64,000 bases of DNA from Faecousia sp. (lineage in GTDB: Bacteria; Bacillota; Clostridia; Oscillospirales; Oscillospiraceae): NCBI GenBank assembly GCA_045612985.1, contig JAZLAB010000060.1, positions 23,911-87,910 of the forward strand, written 5' to 3'. Position numbers and translations under genes: made by a program. Positions 37,462 to 48,434 of this stretch are shown here, piece after piece. Position 1 is the first letter of the stretch; every line of letters starts with the position of its first letter. The notes under the pieces were generated by a model that saw only the letters and a program-made list of their open reading frames with translations, was not told the origin of the DNA and ran no database searches.

Positions 37462-39087
37462 TTAGGTGTCCTTAATTTTTACGATATCACTGTGTGCTCT
37501 TCCAAAATTCAAAAGTTGCTGCATATTGTCGTTATTTTTGCCGGTTGCGCTTTGGTTGGACGTAACGACCCGGATCGTACGACCCAGCTTTGCAGATGCC
37601 TTCAAAGCAATTAAGGAAAGAACATCCGGTTTGTTGACAATATCCTCAACAAAATTGTTTTCACACACCAATGTTAATTGATCCCCTGCCAACTGTGCGC
37701 GCACAGGGGCATTTGGGGTGGTAATGAAGAAGCCTTTTAATATCGGGGTCAACTCCGGCTTCAACGCAGCAACCAGATCCGGCCAAAAACCAGCAGGGGT
37801 CTGATCCTCTGCAGCTTCCTCAACTGCAGGCTCGTCCGCAAAATCCACCTGCTCCGCAATTTCAGGTTCTTGAACGCCATCGGGTATTGGTTCATCTTCA
37901 ACAATAACCGGTTTCGGTGCTTCTGCCACTACAAAACTGCCGGTTTTGATTTGATCTTCCAACCTGGTCAATCTGGCCAGCAATGCTTCCATATCACAGT
38001 TAAGCTCCGGCTGGCAGAGGTTTACAATGCAAAGCTCCGCATCCACCCGGCGGCTTGCGCTTCTGGTAAAGCCAACAATCGTTTGCTGAATGATGTTCAT
38101 CATTCTTACCAACTCACCACTGGAAAAACGGGATGCCAATTCAATTGTTTCCTTTTCATCCGCAACGCCGGAAAGCATAGCCACGCCTGCATTGGGTGCA
38201 GTTTTTATGATCATAAAGTCCCTGGTCAGGCAAATGAGCTCATCCAAAAGGGCGCCCATATCCTTGCCATCTGCGTAAAGACGGTTGAGAAGCTGCAAGG
38301 CATTTTTGGTATCGTGCCGGGAAATGTAGTCCATCATTTGACCACACTGCTGAATGCCGGCAATACCCAGGCAGCCATAGACTGCCTGTGCGTTAAGCTC
38401 ACCGCTGGTAGCCGCAGCACATTGATCCAAAAGACTTAATCCATCGCGCATTGCACCGTCTGCCAATCGGGCCAAAACCCGGGCCGCAGAGGAATCCAAA
38501 TTAATGTTTTCCTGGTAGGCAACAAACTGCAGCCGGGATGCAATATCCTCCGGACTGATTCGGCGGAAAGAAAAGCGCTGACAGCGGGACAAAATAGTAG
38601 CCGGAACCTTATGCAGCTCTGTGGTTGCCAGAATGAAAAGCAAGTGCTTGGGCGGCTCTTCGATGATTTTCAAAAGCGCATTGAAGGCCGCAATGGACAG
38701 CATATGCACCTCGTCAATGATGTACACGCGCATTTTCACTTGAGAAGGTGTATAGATCGCATCATCACGCAAATCGCGCACATTATCAACACCGTTATTG
38801 GAGGCAGCATCGATTTCCAAAACATCCATACAGGAGCCGGAGTCAATTGCCTTGCAGGCATCACAGCAGTTACAGGGATTTCCGTCCTGCGGATTCAGGC
38901 AGTTAACGGCCTTTGCCAAAATTTTGGCAATACTGGTTTTACCCGTTCCCCGGGATCCGGTGAACAGGTAAGCATGGCTAAGCTTGCCGCCCTCTAACTG
39001 TGTTTTCAGCGTTTGGGTAACGGCAGACTGTCCCACCACATCGTCAAAAGTCTGTGGCCTATATTTTCTGTATAATGCCTGATACAT
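37462..39087 (-). CDS. dnaX: DNA polymerase III gamma/tau
   Basis: ALYRKYRPQTF, GTGKT, DAASNNGVD, IIDEVHML, SRCQ. Confidence 0.97.
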   Translation of the reverse strand: MYQALYRKYRPQTFDDVVGQSAVTQTLKTQLEGGKLSHAYLFTGSRGTGKTSIAKILAKAVNCLNPQDGNPCNCCDACKAIDSGSCMDVLEIDAASNNGVDNVRDLRDDAIYTPSQVKMRVYIIDEVHMLSIAAFNALLKIIEEPPKHLLFILATTELHKVPATILSRCQRFSFRRISPEDIASRLQFVAYQENINLDSSAARVLARLADGAMRDGLSLLDQCAAATSGELNAQAVYGCLGIAGIQQCGQMMDYISRHDTKNALQLLNRLYADGKDMGALLDELICLTRDFMIIKTAPNAGVAMLSGVADEKETIELASRFSSGELVRMMNIIQQTIVGFTRSASRRVDAELCIVNLCQPELNCDMEALLARLTRLEDQIKTGSFVVAEAPKPVIVEDEPIPDGVQEPEIAEQVDFADEPAVEEAAEDQTPAGFWPDLVAALKPELTPILKGFFITTPNAPVRAQLAGDQLTLVCENNFVEDIVNKPDVLSLIALKASAKLGRTIRVVTSNQSATGKNNDNMQQLLNFGRAHSDIVKIKDT

Positions 39088-39113
39088 AAATCCTCCAAAA
39101 GGCAGACCGGTTC

Positions 39114-39398
39114 ATAGCAAGATCGCACACCCACATCTGAACAAGCCGAATGCCCGGTATCCATGCAGCCAACTCAGGAACGGCAGCCCTGCGGCACACA
39201 AAAAGGTCCGCTTAATGCTGCTTGGTTCCCCACCTGACATGGTTCGCGGTTTCTCGTTGCGCAAGACCGTTCCATCAACGCCGCTTACATGGTCCGGACG
39301 GCACTCAAAGCTTGCCCGCGTGTGGGAGTTCATCCCCGCTATAGCGGATTGCGGGTAACAGGGCACCGCTATCTCCCCGACTAGTGCGACCTTGCTAT
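39114..39398 (-). ncRNA. ffs: Large (Bacillota-type) SRP RNA
   Basis: Alu domain GGGGAG.TAGCGGTGCCCTG; domain IV TCAGGTGG-GGAA-CCAAGCAGCA; terminal stem ATAGCAAGGTCGCAC/GTGCGATCTTGCTAT; upstream of dnaX. Confidence 0.92.
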
Positions 39399-39427
39399 AA
39401 ACCCGTCTTTGGAAACAAATAAAAAAT

Positions 39428-39649
39428 TTAGTTCAGCTTGGAGTCAACAAAATCAGCCAGTTCACCAAAGGTGGTGATCTTCTGGTCTTCCATCTCCAGC
39501 TCGATGCCCAGTTCAGCTTCCAGATCCATAATCATTTCGACGATGTCCAGAGAGTCGATGCCCAGGCTTTCAAAAGTGCTTTCGCGCGTGATTTCCTCAG
39601 CGTTCAGCTCCAGCTGCTGCGCAGCATAAGAAACAAGTTTTTCGTACAT
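39428..39649 (-). CDS. acpP: Acyl carrier protein
   Basis: LGIDSLDIVE phosphopantetheine motif, acidic. Confidence 0.92.
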   Translation of the reverse strand: MYEKLVSYAAQQLELNAEEITRESTFESLGIDSLDIVEMIMDLEAELGIELEMEDQKITTFGELADFVDSKLN

Positions 39650-39696
39650 ATCTCTTTCCTCCAATATCTTATTTCTGTCTTAAAGATACCTTGTTT

Positions 39697-39725
39697 ATTT
39701 TAATATACACCAGATTGTTTGTCAA
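39697..39725 (-). promoter_or_regulatory. SigA promoter of acpP
   Basis: TTGACA-17-TAAAAT. Confidence 0.75.
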
Positions 39726-39727
39726 TG

Positions 39728-40948
39728 TTATGTTTTCACCGACATTCCTGCTACAAAGGCTGTTGCCCACGCAATTTGCAGGTTAAATCCGCCGGTATAG
39801 GCATCGCAATCGATCACCTCACCGGCAAAAAACAAGCCTTCCACAAGCTTCGATTGCATCGTTTTCGGATCAATTTCCCCGGTTTTTACGCCACCGGATG
39901 TAATAATTGCCTCTTCTACCGGTCTTTTACCGGTAATTTCTAAAGAAAACGCCTTTAAAATATGAACAAGATTTCTGCGCTGTTCCTTTTTCAGAGAATT
40001 TGCCTGCAGCTGGGAGTCGATACCGGCTTTGTCCAGCGCAACGGGAATCATACTGCGGGGCAGAAGATCCGTCATCGCATTTTCCATTGTTCGGTTTTGG
40101 TACTGCTCCAAGTCCCGGAGAATGCGATCATTTAACTTTCCTTCGTCAAGAGCAGGTTTTAAATCAATTACCAGTTTACAATTTTCGCCTTTTAAATGGG
40201 CGCTGGCGCTGAGTACAGTAGGACCGGAAACGCCAAAGTGTGTAAAAAGCAGTTCGCCGAAATCTTTGTAGAGGGCTTTCCCCTTTTTGTCCAGAAGCTT
40301 TACGCCAACATTGCGCAAACTCAAGCCTTGCATTTGCACACATTCTGTGCCCGATATTTCCAGAGGTACCAAAGAGCCTTCCGGTGGAACAACAGTATGA
40401 CCCAATTCAGCAGCCATACGATACCCTTCACCAGTGGAGCCGGTTGCCGGATAGGATTTGCCACCGGTAGCTAAAATGACCCACTTACAATCGTACAGAT
40501 TGCTTGCCGTTCTGACACCGGTAACCTTACCGTCGCAGGTAACAATTTCTTTTGCAGCTTCATTTCGTATTGAAACTTTATACCGCTGCAAATCTTTTTT
40601 TAGACAATCCAAAATGGAAGCGGATTTATCAGATACCGGAAACACCCGATTTCCCCGCTCTGTTTTCAATGGGCAGCCGCTGTTCTCAAAATACTCAACG
40701 ACCTTTTGAGGCGGAAATCTGTCCAACGCGCTATAGAGAAATCTGCTGTTGCGAGGAATATTCTCCAAAACTTCAGTAGCAGTGCAGTTGTTCGTTACAT
40801 TGCACCGCCCCTTACCTGTGATCAGCAGTTTCTTGCCCAAGCGGTCCATTTTCTCAAGTATCAGCACCTTACTGCCCTGCTGTGCTGCAATAATTGCCGC
40901 AAACATGCCTGCAGGGCCGCCGCCAATTACAACACCGTCATAAATCAT
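39728..40948 (-). CDS. HI0933/BaiN family FAD-dependent oxidoreductase
   Basis: GGGPAG, GKGRCNVTN, ATGG.SYP.TGSTG, TGGFNLQ. Confidence 0.92.
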   Translation of the reverse strand: MIYDGVVIGGGPAGMFAAIIAAQQGSKVLILEKMDRLGKKLLITGKGRCNVTNNCTATEVLENIPRNSRFLYSALDRFPPQKVVEYFENSGCPLKTERGNRVFPVSDKSASILDCLKKDLQRYKVSIRNEAAKEIVTCDGKVTGVRTASNLYDCKWVILATGGKSYPATGSTGEGYRMAAELGHTVVPPEGSLVPLEISGTECVQMQGLSLRNVGVKLLDKKGKALYKDFGELLFTHFGVSGPTVLSASAHLKGENCKLVIDLKPALDEGKLNDRILRDLEQYQNRTMENAMTDLLPRSMIPVALDKAGIDSQLQANSLKKEQRRNLVHILKAFSLEITGKRPVEEAIITSGGVKTGEIDPKTMQSKLVEGLFFAGEVIDCDAYTGGFNLQIAWATAFVAGMSVKT

Positions 40949-41814
40949 CGGTCATCAACCCGCTTTTCATACACATTGTATTCTTCCCAAACATGCTCCA
41001 GCGTATTAAAGGTCTTTTCAAGAATATGCTCTCTGCCGGATGCCAATGCAACAATCAATGCATTGATCACACTTAGTGGTGCGGTCAATGAGTCAACCAG
41101 GGACACCATATCACTTTTCGCAAGAAGAATGTGATCGCAGTGCTGTCCCAAGGGGGACAACCGATTATCCGTCAAGCCGATCACCGTTGCGCCGGTTGTG
41201 CGGCAATACTGGGCGCCCTTGGCGGTTGCAGCGGAGTAGCGGGGAAAACTGATGGCAATCACCACATCATTGTCCCCTGCTCCAATGAGTTTTTCAAACA
41301 TCTCGCTGGCACCGGAAACCGTAACCATATGTACTGTCTCAAACATAAAGTTCAGATAGTAACCAAGGAAGCTGGCAAGCGGCGCAACTGATCTGCTGCC
41401 AAGAATATAGATCTTCTTTGCATTTTGAATGGCTTTGACAGCCGCCTGAAAGTCCGCTCTGTCCAGCATTTGCGCAGTCTGCTGCAATTTGTCAATATCC
41501 GACTGGACGACCATTGAAACAACATCCTGATTGCCAATACGCTCATTGGCAACCTCGATACGCTGAAAAGAGGTCAGTCTGTTCAGGACCATATCCTGCA
41601 TCGCCTTTTGCATATCCGGATAGCCGTCATATCCAAGCTCCACCGCAAATCTGACAACAGTAGACTCTGACACGCCAACAGTTTTTCCCAAACGGCTGGC
41701 TGTCATAAAAGCCGCTTTATCATAAGATTCCGTAATATATCTGGCAAGCAAGCGCTGACCCTTGGAGAAGGTCGATGCTTTCTGTTGTAAAATCAGCAGA
41801 ATATCTCTGTTCAT
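40945..41814 (-). CDS. MurR/RpiR family transcriptional regulator
   Basis: VSESTVVRFA..LGY.GY HTH plus SIS domain. Confidence 0.92.
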   Translation of the reverse strand: MNRDILLILQQKASTFSKGQRLLARYITESYDKAAFMTASRLGKTVGVSESTVVRFAVELGYDGYPDMQKAMQDMVLNRLTSFQRIEVANERIGNQDVVSMVVQSDIDKLQQTAQMLDRADFQAAVKAIQNAKKIYILGSRSVAPLASFLGYYLNFMFETVHMVTVSGASEMFEKLIGAGDNDVVIAISFPRYSAATAKGAQYCRTTGATVIGLTDNRLSPLGQHCDHILLAKSDMVSLVDSLTAPLSVINALIVALASGREHILEKTFNTLEHVWEEYNVYEKRVDDR

Positions 41815-41899
41815 AACATATTTCCTCCGTACAATGATTTCTGTGTCATTCTAGCAACGAATGGTATTATTTGCAAGTAAAAACAACAAAAATTGCATT

Positions 41900-42613
41900 T
41901 TAATCCATTAGCGCCGCAATTTCCTGCTGGGTTAAGTATCTCCATTTACCAGACGGCAGCTGACCTAACTGTACACAGCCTTCAGACACTCTAGTCAATC
42001 TTGCAACAGCCATTCCTGCTGCAGCGCACATTCTGCGAACTTGACGGTTGCGCCCTTCGTGAATAGTGATCTCCAACTGGGCAAGTGTTGGATCTTCTTT
42101 GCCAACGCTTATAAGTACCACCTTTGGCGGTTGGATTTTATAACCATCCAAAACCAAAGGTTTTTTCAGCTTCAACAGTGCTTCCTGGGAGAACTTTTTG
42201 ACATTCACCCGGTACACCTTATCTACCTGGTGGCTGGGATGCATCAAAAGGTTTGCAAATTCTCCGTCATTTGTCAAGATCAAAAGGCCTTCCGAATCCA
42301 TATCCAGACGACCAACCGGATAAACCCGCTTGCCGCAATCTGCAACCAATTGAGCCACATTCTTGCGTCCACGCTCATCTGAAAGCGTCGTAACAAACCC
42401 GCGAGGCTTATTTAGCAATATATAAACTTTCTCTTCATCCAAAGGGAGCCGTTTCCCATCCAGTAAAATCTCATCCAAATCCGGATCGGCGCTATCCCCA
42501 AGTCCGCAGACAGCTCCATTACACATAACCCGGCCGGCCTTGATCATCTGTTCAGCGCTGCGCCGGGATGCAACTCCCCTTCCGGAAAGAATTTTTTGTA
42601 TGCGTTGTTTCAA
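41900..42613 (-). CDS. rluB: RluB/RsuA family pseudouridine synthase
   Basis: S4 domain, YPVGRLD, EGRNRQVRRM; probable TTG start after GGAGG. Confidence 0.9.
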   Translation of the reverse strand: MKQRIQKILSGRGVASRRSAEQMIKAGRVMCNGAVCGLGDSADPDLDEILLDGKRLPLDEEKVYILLNKPRGFVTTLSDERGRKNVAQLVADCGKRVYPVGRLDMDSEGLLILTNDGEFANLLMHPSHQVDKVYRVNVKKFSQEALLKLKKPLVLDGYKIQPPKVVLISVGKEDPTLAQLEITIHEGRNRQVRRMCAAAGMAVARLTRVSEGCVQLGQLPSGKWRYLTQQEIAALMD

Positions 42614-42615
42614 GG

Positions 42616-43704
42616 CTACTTCCCTCCAAACCACTTCTCCCAAATAGATTGTTTTGTTTCTGTTTCTATTTCAACAGTTTCGCCATAATAGGTCGAAACC
42701 TTACCAACCGTCTTGTTTCCAATGCAGATATACACATCATTTCCTGCCCCTCCGCAGACAACCGGTGCATAGGCAAATCCTGCCCCCTGCAAAACGATTT
42801 CCGGCTTTTCCGCATTGGAAAGCGGGTAGGAAAAATCCTCAGATGCATAAACAGATACAGATCGTTTTTCTCCACCTACGATCTCAATACTGCCAAGATA
42901 ATCGTCCTTTTGGACGATCTTTTTAAGGGTGTACTGGGAAAAACCCATTTCCAACAGTTTGGTATGATCTGCCCAATCATTCCCGTCATTCATCGTAACA
43001 GCAATCAGCCGTCTTCCCTGCCGCGTTGCGCTGGAGACAAGTATTCTGCCTGCAGCTTTCGTAAAGCCGGTTTTTACACCATCTGCGCCTTCCAGTCGCC
43101 ACAGAAGCTTGTTGTGGTTGCGCAGTGTGCGGTTTCCAACCCGAACGGTTTTTGTGGAAACCGTTTGCGCAAAAATCGGGTTATTCATCGCATAGGCTGC
43201 CAGTACGGCCATATCCCGCGCTGTGGAATAATGTCCGGGACTATCCAAACCATTGGGATTTACAAAGTGCGTATTGTTTAAGCCTAGACGGTGTGCCTTA
43301 TCATTCATCAGCTGGGCAAAGCCTTCCACTGTGCCACCGCAGTAGATCGCAAGAGCAACTGCAGCATCATTACCGCTGTGGAGCATCAGACCATACAGCA
43401 AATCCTGAATAGTAAGAATTTCTCCCTCTTTCAGATACATAGAGGATCCTTCAATTCCCACCGCTTCTTTCGGGATTCGCATACGGTCCAGGACATTACA
43501 CTGCTCGCATACAACTAAGGCAGTCATTATTTTTGTTGTGCTTGCGATCAAGGCCTTGCTGTCTGCGTTTTTTTCGTAAATTGCTCTTCCAGATGTTGCA
43601 TCCAGCAAGATTGCTTTTTGTGCAGAGACAGCCTCAACCTTACAAGGAAAAAACAGGACGGCAGTAAGCAACGTTGCTGCCATCCTGATATAAAGTCGCT
43701 TCAT
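42616..43704 (-). CDS. dacB: D-Ala-D-Ala carboxypeptidase (S11, DacB-like)
   Basis: STTK, SGN and KTG motifs; signal peptide. Confidence 0.85.
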   Translation of the reverse strand: MKRLYIRMAATLLTAVLFFPCKVEAVSAQKAILLDATSGRAIYEKNADSKALIASTTKIMTALVVCEQCNVLDRMRIPKEAVGIEGSSMYLKEGEILTIQDLLYGLMLHSGNDAAVALAIYCGGTVEGFAQLMNDKAHRLGLNNTHFVNPNGLDSPGHYSTARDMAVLAAYAMNNPIFAQTVSTKTVRVGNRTLRNHNKLLWRLEGADGVKTGFTKAAGRILVSSATRQGRRLIAVTMNDGNDWADHTKLLEMGFSQYTLKKIVQKDDYLGSIEIVGGEKRSVSVYASEDFSYPLSNAEKPEIVLQGAGFAYAPVVCGGAGNDVYICIGNKTVGKVSTYYGETVEIETETKQSIWEKWFGGK

Positions 43705-43743
43705 ATCAATCACCCAAGTGTAGTTTGCACTTGGTGTAAATGA

Positions 43744-44136
43744 TTATTCTTCGTTTTTCTGAATGTGAGAGTCAATAAATGCCGCAATTTTATCCAGTGT
43801 ATCCGGCACCATCTCTACGATCCGGTCAACAGTTGTGTTGGCAGGCGCAGCCACAGGAATCATACGCACGCCGCCTTCCTTGATCACCAGAAAAGCAATG
43901 GGTGTTACCTTCACACCGGCGCCGACACCGCCGCCAAAGGGGTTTTCATGGTGATTTACATTTTTGGAAACGAAATCAGAACCACCGCCGCCAAAACCGA
44001 CACTGACCTTGGAAATGGGAATAATGGTAATGCCGTCAGCCGTTACAATGGGATCACCGATAACGGAATTTACATCCACCATTTCACGGATCTTTGCAAT
44101 TGTATTATCGAGCATATTGGGAAGATTTTGACTCAT
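43744..44136 (-). CDS. ytfJ: Sporulation/germination protein YtfJ (GerW)
   Basis: MVDVN.VIG.PI, GFGGGG, FGGG.GAGV...P.AFL. Confidence 0.92.
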   Translation of the reverse strand: MSQNLPNMLDNTIAKIREMVDVNSVIGDPIVTADGITIIPISKVSVGFGGGGSDFVSKNVNHHENPFGGGVGAGVKVTPIAFLVIKEGGVRMIPVAAPANTTVDRIVEMVPDTLDKIAAFIDSHIQKNEE

Positions 44137-44138
44137 AA

Positions 44139-44735
44139 TCAAGCACCGCCTTTTCTTGTGTTTGTTGATTGTAGGTTATTCTTCAAAATTCGAAGTCCGT
44201 GCCGGGCAAGAAGACCAATCGCTCTTCCAACTGTAATGGAAACTTGCAGCTGGGCAAAGATCTGCGTCTGCTGTCCGGCAAAATCGCAGGAAACATCTAT
44301 ATCGCGTTTTTTAATGTTGCAATGACGCTCCAATTGGGGAATCAAGTTACCAAGCGCTGTCCAGGTGCGACCATAGTTTACAGCCAGATCACAAGGATCT
44401 TCCTGTGCAAGACTGATCTTAAGTTCCAACAGATCAACCTGTAGCTTTTTCCACAGATCTCTCAAGATCTCAAGGATCCATTTTACAACCGGAACAAAAT
44501 CTGTGCTACTTCCTCCAGACTTCCTGTTGGATTGCGAAACAGATTTCTTACCTCCGGAATGGCTGACCTTTTTCTTTTTTCGCACCTTTTTGCTGCGCGT
44601 TTTAGGATAAAGCATATAGCGCAACGGTCCGATCACCAGCCAGGCTCTGGGGCCGGCAGAATCATAGACGCCGCAAATGCCAACAGGAATCAGACCGATC
44701 AAAAGGATTGCGGCCAGAACAATCAGCCACCACAT
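44139..44735 (-). CDS. DUF2953 (YtfI-like) protein
   Basis: N-terminal TM, DP..LA..YG motif; upstream of ytfJ. Confidence 0.8.
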   Translation of the reverse strand: MWWLIVLAAILLIGLIPVGICGVYDSAGPRAWLVIGPLRYMLYPKTRSKKVRKKKKVSHSGGKKSVSQSNRKSGGSSTDFVPVVKWILEILRDLWKKLQVDLLELKISLAQEDPCDLAVNYGRTWTALGNLIPQLERHCNIKKRDIDVSCDFAGQQTQIFAQLQVSITVGRAIGLLARHGLRILKNNLQSTNTRKGGA

Positions 44736-45334
44736 CAGCCGATCACCTCAGGCATTACTAATTGATTTTCATCCGGTTGATCTTCTGCATTCATTTGATC
44801 GGGATCAATTGGCTCGTCAAAGTTTACCTTTTCAATAGGCGGTAATTCTTCCAAAGAGCTCAGACCGAAGGTGCGCAAAAAGTCCGGCGTTGTGCGGTAA
44901 AGGATGGGTCTGCCGGGAACATTCAAACGACCAGCCTCTTCGATCAGATTTTTATTCATCAACGCCGCAACAGAGTAAGAACTGTCTACGCCGCGAATTT
45001 GTTCGATCATCGCCTTGGTCGCAGGCTGATAGTAAGCAACAATCGTCAACGCTTCCAGCTGGGAAGAGGACAGCTTCGGCGGCTTGCGGGTCTCCAGTGC
45101 CCTTGTAACATAGTCCGCCATCTCACCGGAGGATACCATTTGATATCCATCCTCTAGCCGAAGGATACGGATGCCTCGCCGTTCAAAAGCAAGACTGTCT
45201 GCCAATTCGTCCGCAGCAGCTTCAATCGTTTTGGCGTCGGTCTCTAATGCAGATGCCAGCCGGGCTATCTCTACCCGCTCGCCGGAAGCAAACAGGATTG
45301 CCTCAATGGCTCTTTTCAAATCGTTATTTTCCAT
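44735..45334 (-). CDS. scpB: SMC-Scp complex subunit ScpB
   Basis: IEAILF, LEAL.I.AY.QP.T..IEQIRGV, GRP.LY.TT..FL..FGL. Confidence 0.95.
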   Translation of the reverse strand: MENNDLKRAIEAILFASGERVEIARLASALETDAKTIEAAADELADSLAFERRGIRILRLEDGYQMVSSGEMADYVTRALETRKPPKLSSSQLEALTIVAYYQPATKAMIEQIRGVDSSYSVAALMNKNLIEEAGRLNVPGRPILYRTTPDFLRTFGLSSLEELPPIEKVNFDEPIDPDQMNAEDQPDENQLVMPEVIG

Positions 45335-46131
45335 TAAGTCATCTCCTTTTCTTCCTCTTTCGGCTCATTGATCAGCCGCACATTCGGATTGTCCCCGGAA
45401 TTGTCATCTTCCAAACGGACAGAATTATTTTTACATAAGTCTAAAATCGCCAAGAAGGTTGCAACCACCTCAGAGCGCGTCCGGTTCCCACGAAACAGAT
45501 TTTTAAGTCTCTCAATGCCCCGCAAAAGAAGTGTCTTAACAACCTCTCCGGCCTTCCGTGAGACGGGATAGGGTTCTTTGCCCACAATGCCCTTAAAGTT
45601 TACTCTGGGCGGTGGCAGTCGGCGCTGGCTTCTCTCTGCAATCGTGTCCAATGCGATCTGCATATCTGCCGGGTCGTGGCGATAGCGGTAGGTCTTATCC
45701 CGGCGCAGAGGCTCCGGCTCTTTTGTGAAAATACAGCGACCGATCTCATTCATAGGTTCCAGTATGGCAATTGCCATACGAATTTGTTCCATCGCATCTC
45801 TGCGTTGACGCTCTATCAAAGACTGGCGCAGTAAATCCAGTTCACTTTCCGCTTCAGCAGCTTCCGCAGCGGAGAGCAGCATCTTCGTCTTGATCAGCAT
45901 CAAATGGGATGCCATCGTGATGAACTCACTGGCGATCTCCATATCCAGCCGCTTCATTTCATCCAGATACGCAAGGTACTGTTCCAGAATTGCCGTAATG
46001 GAAACATCCTGAATCTCTATTTTATTTTTGCTCAGTAGCAGAAAAATAACATCCAGAGGGCCTTCAAAATCTTCCATTGCCTCATTGCGTGCGTGGACGA
46101 TTCCCTCCAAACGATATTGCGGTTCTCCCAT
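45334..46131 (-). CDS. scpA: Segregation and condensation protein ScpA
   Basis: FEGPLD, SEFI.MA..L..IK..MLL, V.TFLAIL.L. Confidence 0.93.
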   Translation of the reverse strand: MGEPQYRLEGIVHARNEAMEDFEGPLDVIFLLLSKNKIEIQDVSITAILEQYLAYLDEMKRLDMEIASEFITMASHLMLIKTKMLLSAAEAAEAESELDLLRQSLIERQRRDAMEQIRMAIAILEPMNEIGRCIFTKEPEPLRRDKTYRYRHDPADMQIALDTIAERSQRRLPPPRVNFKGIVGKEPYPVSRKAGEVVKTLLLRGIERLKNLFRGNRTRSEVVATFLAILDLCKNNSVRLEDDNSGDNPNVRLINEPKEEEKEMT

Positions 46132-46242
46132 AACGACTCCTTGCATACATTGTCGATAAAATCCAACAATATTCCAATACTAAAGAGTATTATACCATTA
46201 ACTTTCCCCCACTGCAAGCACAAAATCATAACGACCATACCG

Positions 46243-46281
46243 AAAAAGCAAAGAGCCCACCGCCTGTGGCAGTGGGCCTTG
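46243..46281 (-). terminator. metA terminator
   Basis: GCCCAC-TGCC..GGCG-GTGGGC hairpin followed by T-rich run on minus strand. Confidence 0.6.
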
Positions 46282-46282
46282 G

Positions 46283-47218
46283 TTATTCAGTTTCCCCTTC
46301 TTGACCGATCTCCATTATGTCGTAGGGAGTTGTCTGATAAACAAAGTAATTGAGCCAATTAGAAAACAACAAATTGGCATGACCTCTCCAGCGAACGATA
46401 GGCGCTTGGGTATCGTCATCATTGGGATAATAATTCTCCGGTACATGAATCGGAAGCCCAAGATTTTTATCCCGCAGATATTCTCTTTCCAGTGTGTCCG
46501 GATCGTATTCAGAGTGTCCGGTAACGAAGATCTGACGGCCGCCCTTGCTGGCGACTGCGTGAACGCCGCATTGCTTGGAGGAGGAAAGAATCTTCAAACC
46601 GGGGACTTTCTCAATATCCTCCCGCAGCACAGTTGTATGCCGGGAGTGTGGTACCCAGAAAACATCATCAAAACCACGCAGTAAAATGGAGCGCTTGTAG
46701 TCCGCTTCATGGGGAAACACGCCAAAGAGCTTTTCTTCCATTTGGTGCTTTTGAATTCCGTAATGGTAGTAAAGTCCTGCCTGCGCACCCCAACAAATGT
46801 GGAATGTGCTGTGTACATTGGTTTTACTCCACTCCATAATTTCACACAGTTCCGGCCAGTAGTCCACCTGCTCAAATGGCATATGCTCCACCGGTGCGCC
46901 GGTAATGACCATGCCGTCAAATTTCCGGTGCTTTAACTCGTCAAAGCTTTTATAAAAATTCAGAAGGTGCTCCTGCGCTGTATTTTTGGACTGATGGGTA
47001 GTGGTATGCATCAGCTCCAGTCGAACCTGCAAGGGCGTGTTGCCTAGAAGGCGAGTGAACTGGGTCTCAGTCGCAATCTTCGTGGGCATTAAATTCAGCA
47101 AAACGATTTCCAGAGGGCGAATATCCTGCGTAGATGCACGATTCTCCGGCATAACAAATATATTCTCCTGCTGCAGTGTCTCTACTGCCGGCAAATCATT
47201 GGGGATTTGGATTGGCAT
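46283..47218 (-). CDS. metA: Homoserine O-acyltransferase MetA
   Basis: QDIRPL, LNLMP, ITGAPVE, ICWGAQA, PHSRH, TGH.EY. Confidence 0.96.
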   Translation of the reverse strand: MPIQIPNDLPAVETLQQENIFVMPENRASTQDIRPLEIVLLNLMPTKIATETQFTRLLGNTPLQVRLELMHTTTHQSKNTAQEHLLNFYKSFDELKHRKFDGMVITGAPVEHMPFEQVDYWPELCEIMEWSKTNVHSTFHICWGAQAGLYYHYGIQKHQMEEKLFGVFPHEADYKRSILLRGFDDVFWVPHSRHTTVLREDIEKVPGLKILSSSKQCGVHAVASKGGRQIFVTGHSEYDPDTLEREYLRDKNLGLPIHVPENYYPNDDDTQAPIVRWRGHANLLFSNWLNYFVYQTTPYDIMEIGQEGETE

Positions 47219-47276
47219 TATGTTCTGCCCCCTTTCATCAAATTTTGCTATATTGTAACCTAATTTCAGACCTTTG

Positions 47277-48287
47277 TCAATCCGTTATGGACCACTGCTC
47301 AACCTTTGTTCCTGCATAGTAATGGGAAAGAATTTTCTTATAATCGCTCCCCTGCACAGCCATCGCATCTGCACCATATTGACTCATACCAACACGATGC
47401 CCAAATCCCTTTGTTGTGATGCTGACCGTATCGCCTACAATGGTAATTACAAAAGCAGTAGAACGCAATCCCAACAAACTGCGGATCTGCGTGCCTTTAT
47501 ACGTTTTCCCGCATATCTTTATGGTATCAACACCCGCGCCATCCGTGTAGGTTATGGCTTCAATCCACTTTTCCGGAATGTTAGCAGTATTAAAACCCAG
47601 TTTCTTTGCAAATTCCGATGTTGTAAAGGACACTGTGTCCGTATAATGGGTTGATTTTTCCTCGCCGGGGCTTTTCACCGCTTGCAGATACGGAACAGCA
47701 GAGCCCCAAACAGCCTTCGCATCCTCTGTCATACCGCCACTGCAGGAAAAATAGGTTGCTTCAGCCAGCTTTCCCTGATAAGTCAGCACCTGCCCGGATG
47801 TTGCAATTACGGCCAGACGCACTTTTTCCAGCTGCTTTTTCGTACCACCGTGATCCAGGTAATCCGCTTCGCTTATGTATCCTTGACAGCAGGTTGAATC
47901 TGTACACACCGCTGCACCGGTATGTTTGGTACTGCTTTCTGCTCTGCGCAGTGCATATGTCCGTGCCACCACCGCCTGCGCCTTCAAGGCTTCCGCCTCA
48001 AAATCTGCTGGCATCTCCCGCAGAACAACCTCAGTAAGATATGTATCCAGTTCCATCTCCCGGATCTTGCCATCAGACATCAACACAGATATCTGATTAT
48101 TTGCCGGTGCAGTCGTTTCAGGTACAGTTGGAGCTGTTGTAATTTCTGCCACTTGCGTTATTTCCGTTGTTTCATTTCCGGACAATTGAATTTTGTTGTC
48201 GCTTTTATCCACCATAAAAAAAAGCATTGCAGGACAGAGCGCCCCCAATACCAATGCGCCGACAATTTCTTTCCAATTCATTTGCAT
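47277..48287 (-). CDS. spoIID: Stage II sporulation protein D (lytic transglycosylase)
   Basis: [35 protein letters not shown]. Confidence 0.9.
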   Translation of the reverse strand: MQMNWKEIVGALVLGALCPAMLFFMVDKSDNKIQLSGNETTEITQVAEITTAPTVPETTAPANNQISVLMSDGKIREMELDTYLTEVVLREMPADFEAEALKAQAVVARTYALRRAESSTKHTGAAVCTDSTCCQGYISEADYLDHGGTKKQLEKVRLAVIATSGQVLTYQGKLAEATYFSCSGGMTEDAKAVWGSAVPYLQAVKSPGEEKSTHYTDTVSFTTSEFAKKLGFNTANIPEKWIEAITYTDGAGVDTIKICGKTYKGTQIRSLLGLRSTAFVITIVGDTVSITTKGFGHRVGMSQYGADAMAVQGSDYKKILSHYYAGTKVEQWSITD

Positions 48288-48372
48288 ATAATCACCCCGA
48301 AATATAGTAACAATTTGCACGGGAAGAATATGCAGTTTTTTGCAGAAGGTTTTTCCATTTTTGTGTCAATGC

Positions 48373-48401
48373 TTGACATCATTCGCCCCGGCAAGTATAA
48401 T
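48373..48401 (+). promoter_or_regulatory. Consensus SigA promoter of the LRR gene
   Basis: TTGACA-17-TATAAT. Confidence 0.85.
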
Positions 48402-48434
48402 TTAAGTACGAAAAAACGCGAAAGGTCGCACATT

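Noticed and set aside
47922-48434. N-terminal extension of the 743-aa LRR ORF
   Set aside because: It is antisense to spoIID. The consensus promoter at 48373-48401 and the signal anchor place the start at 48435.
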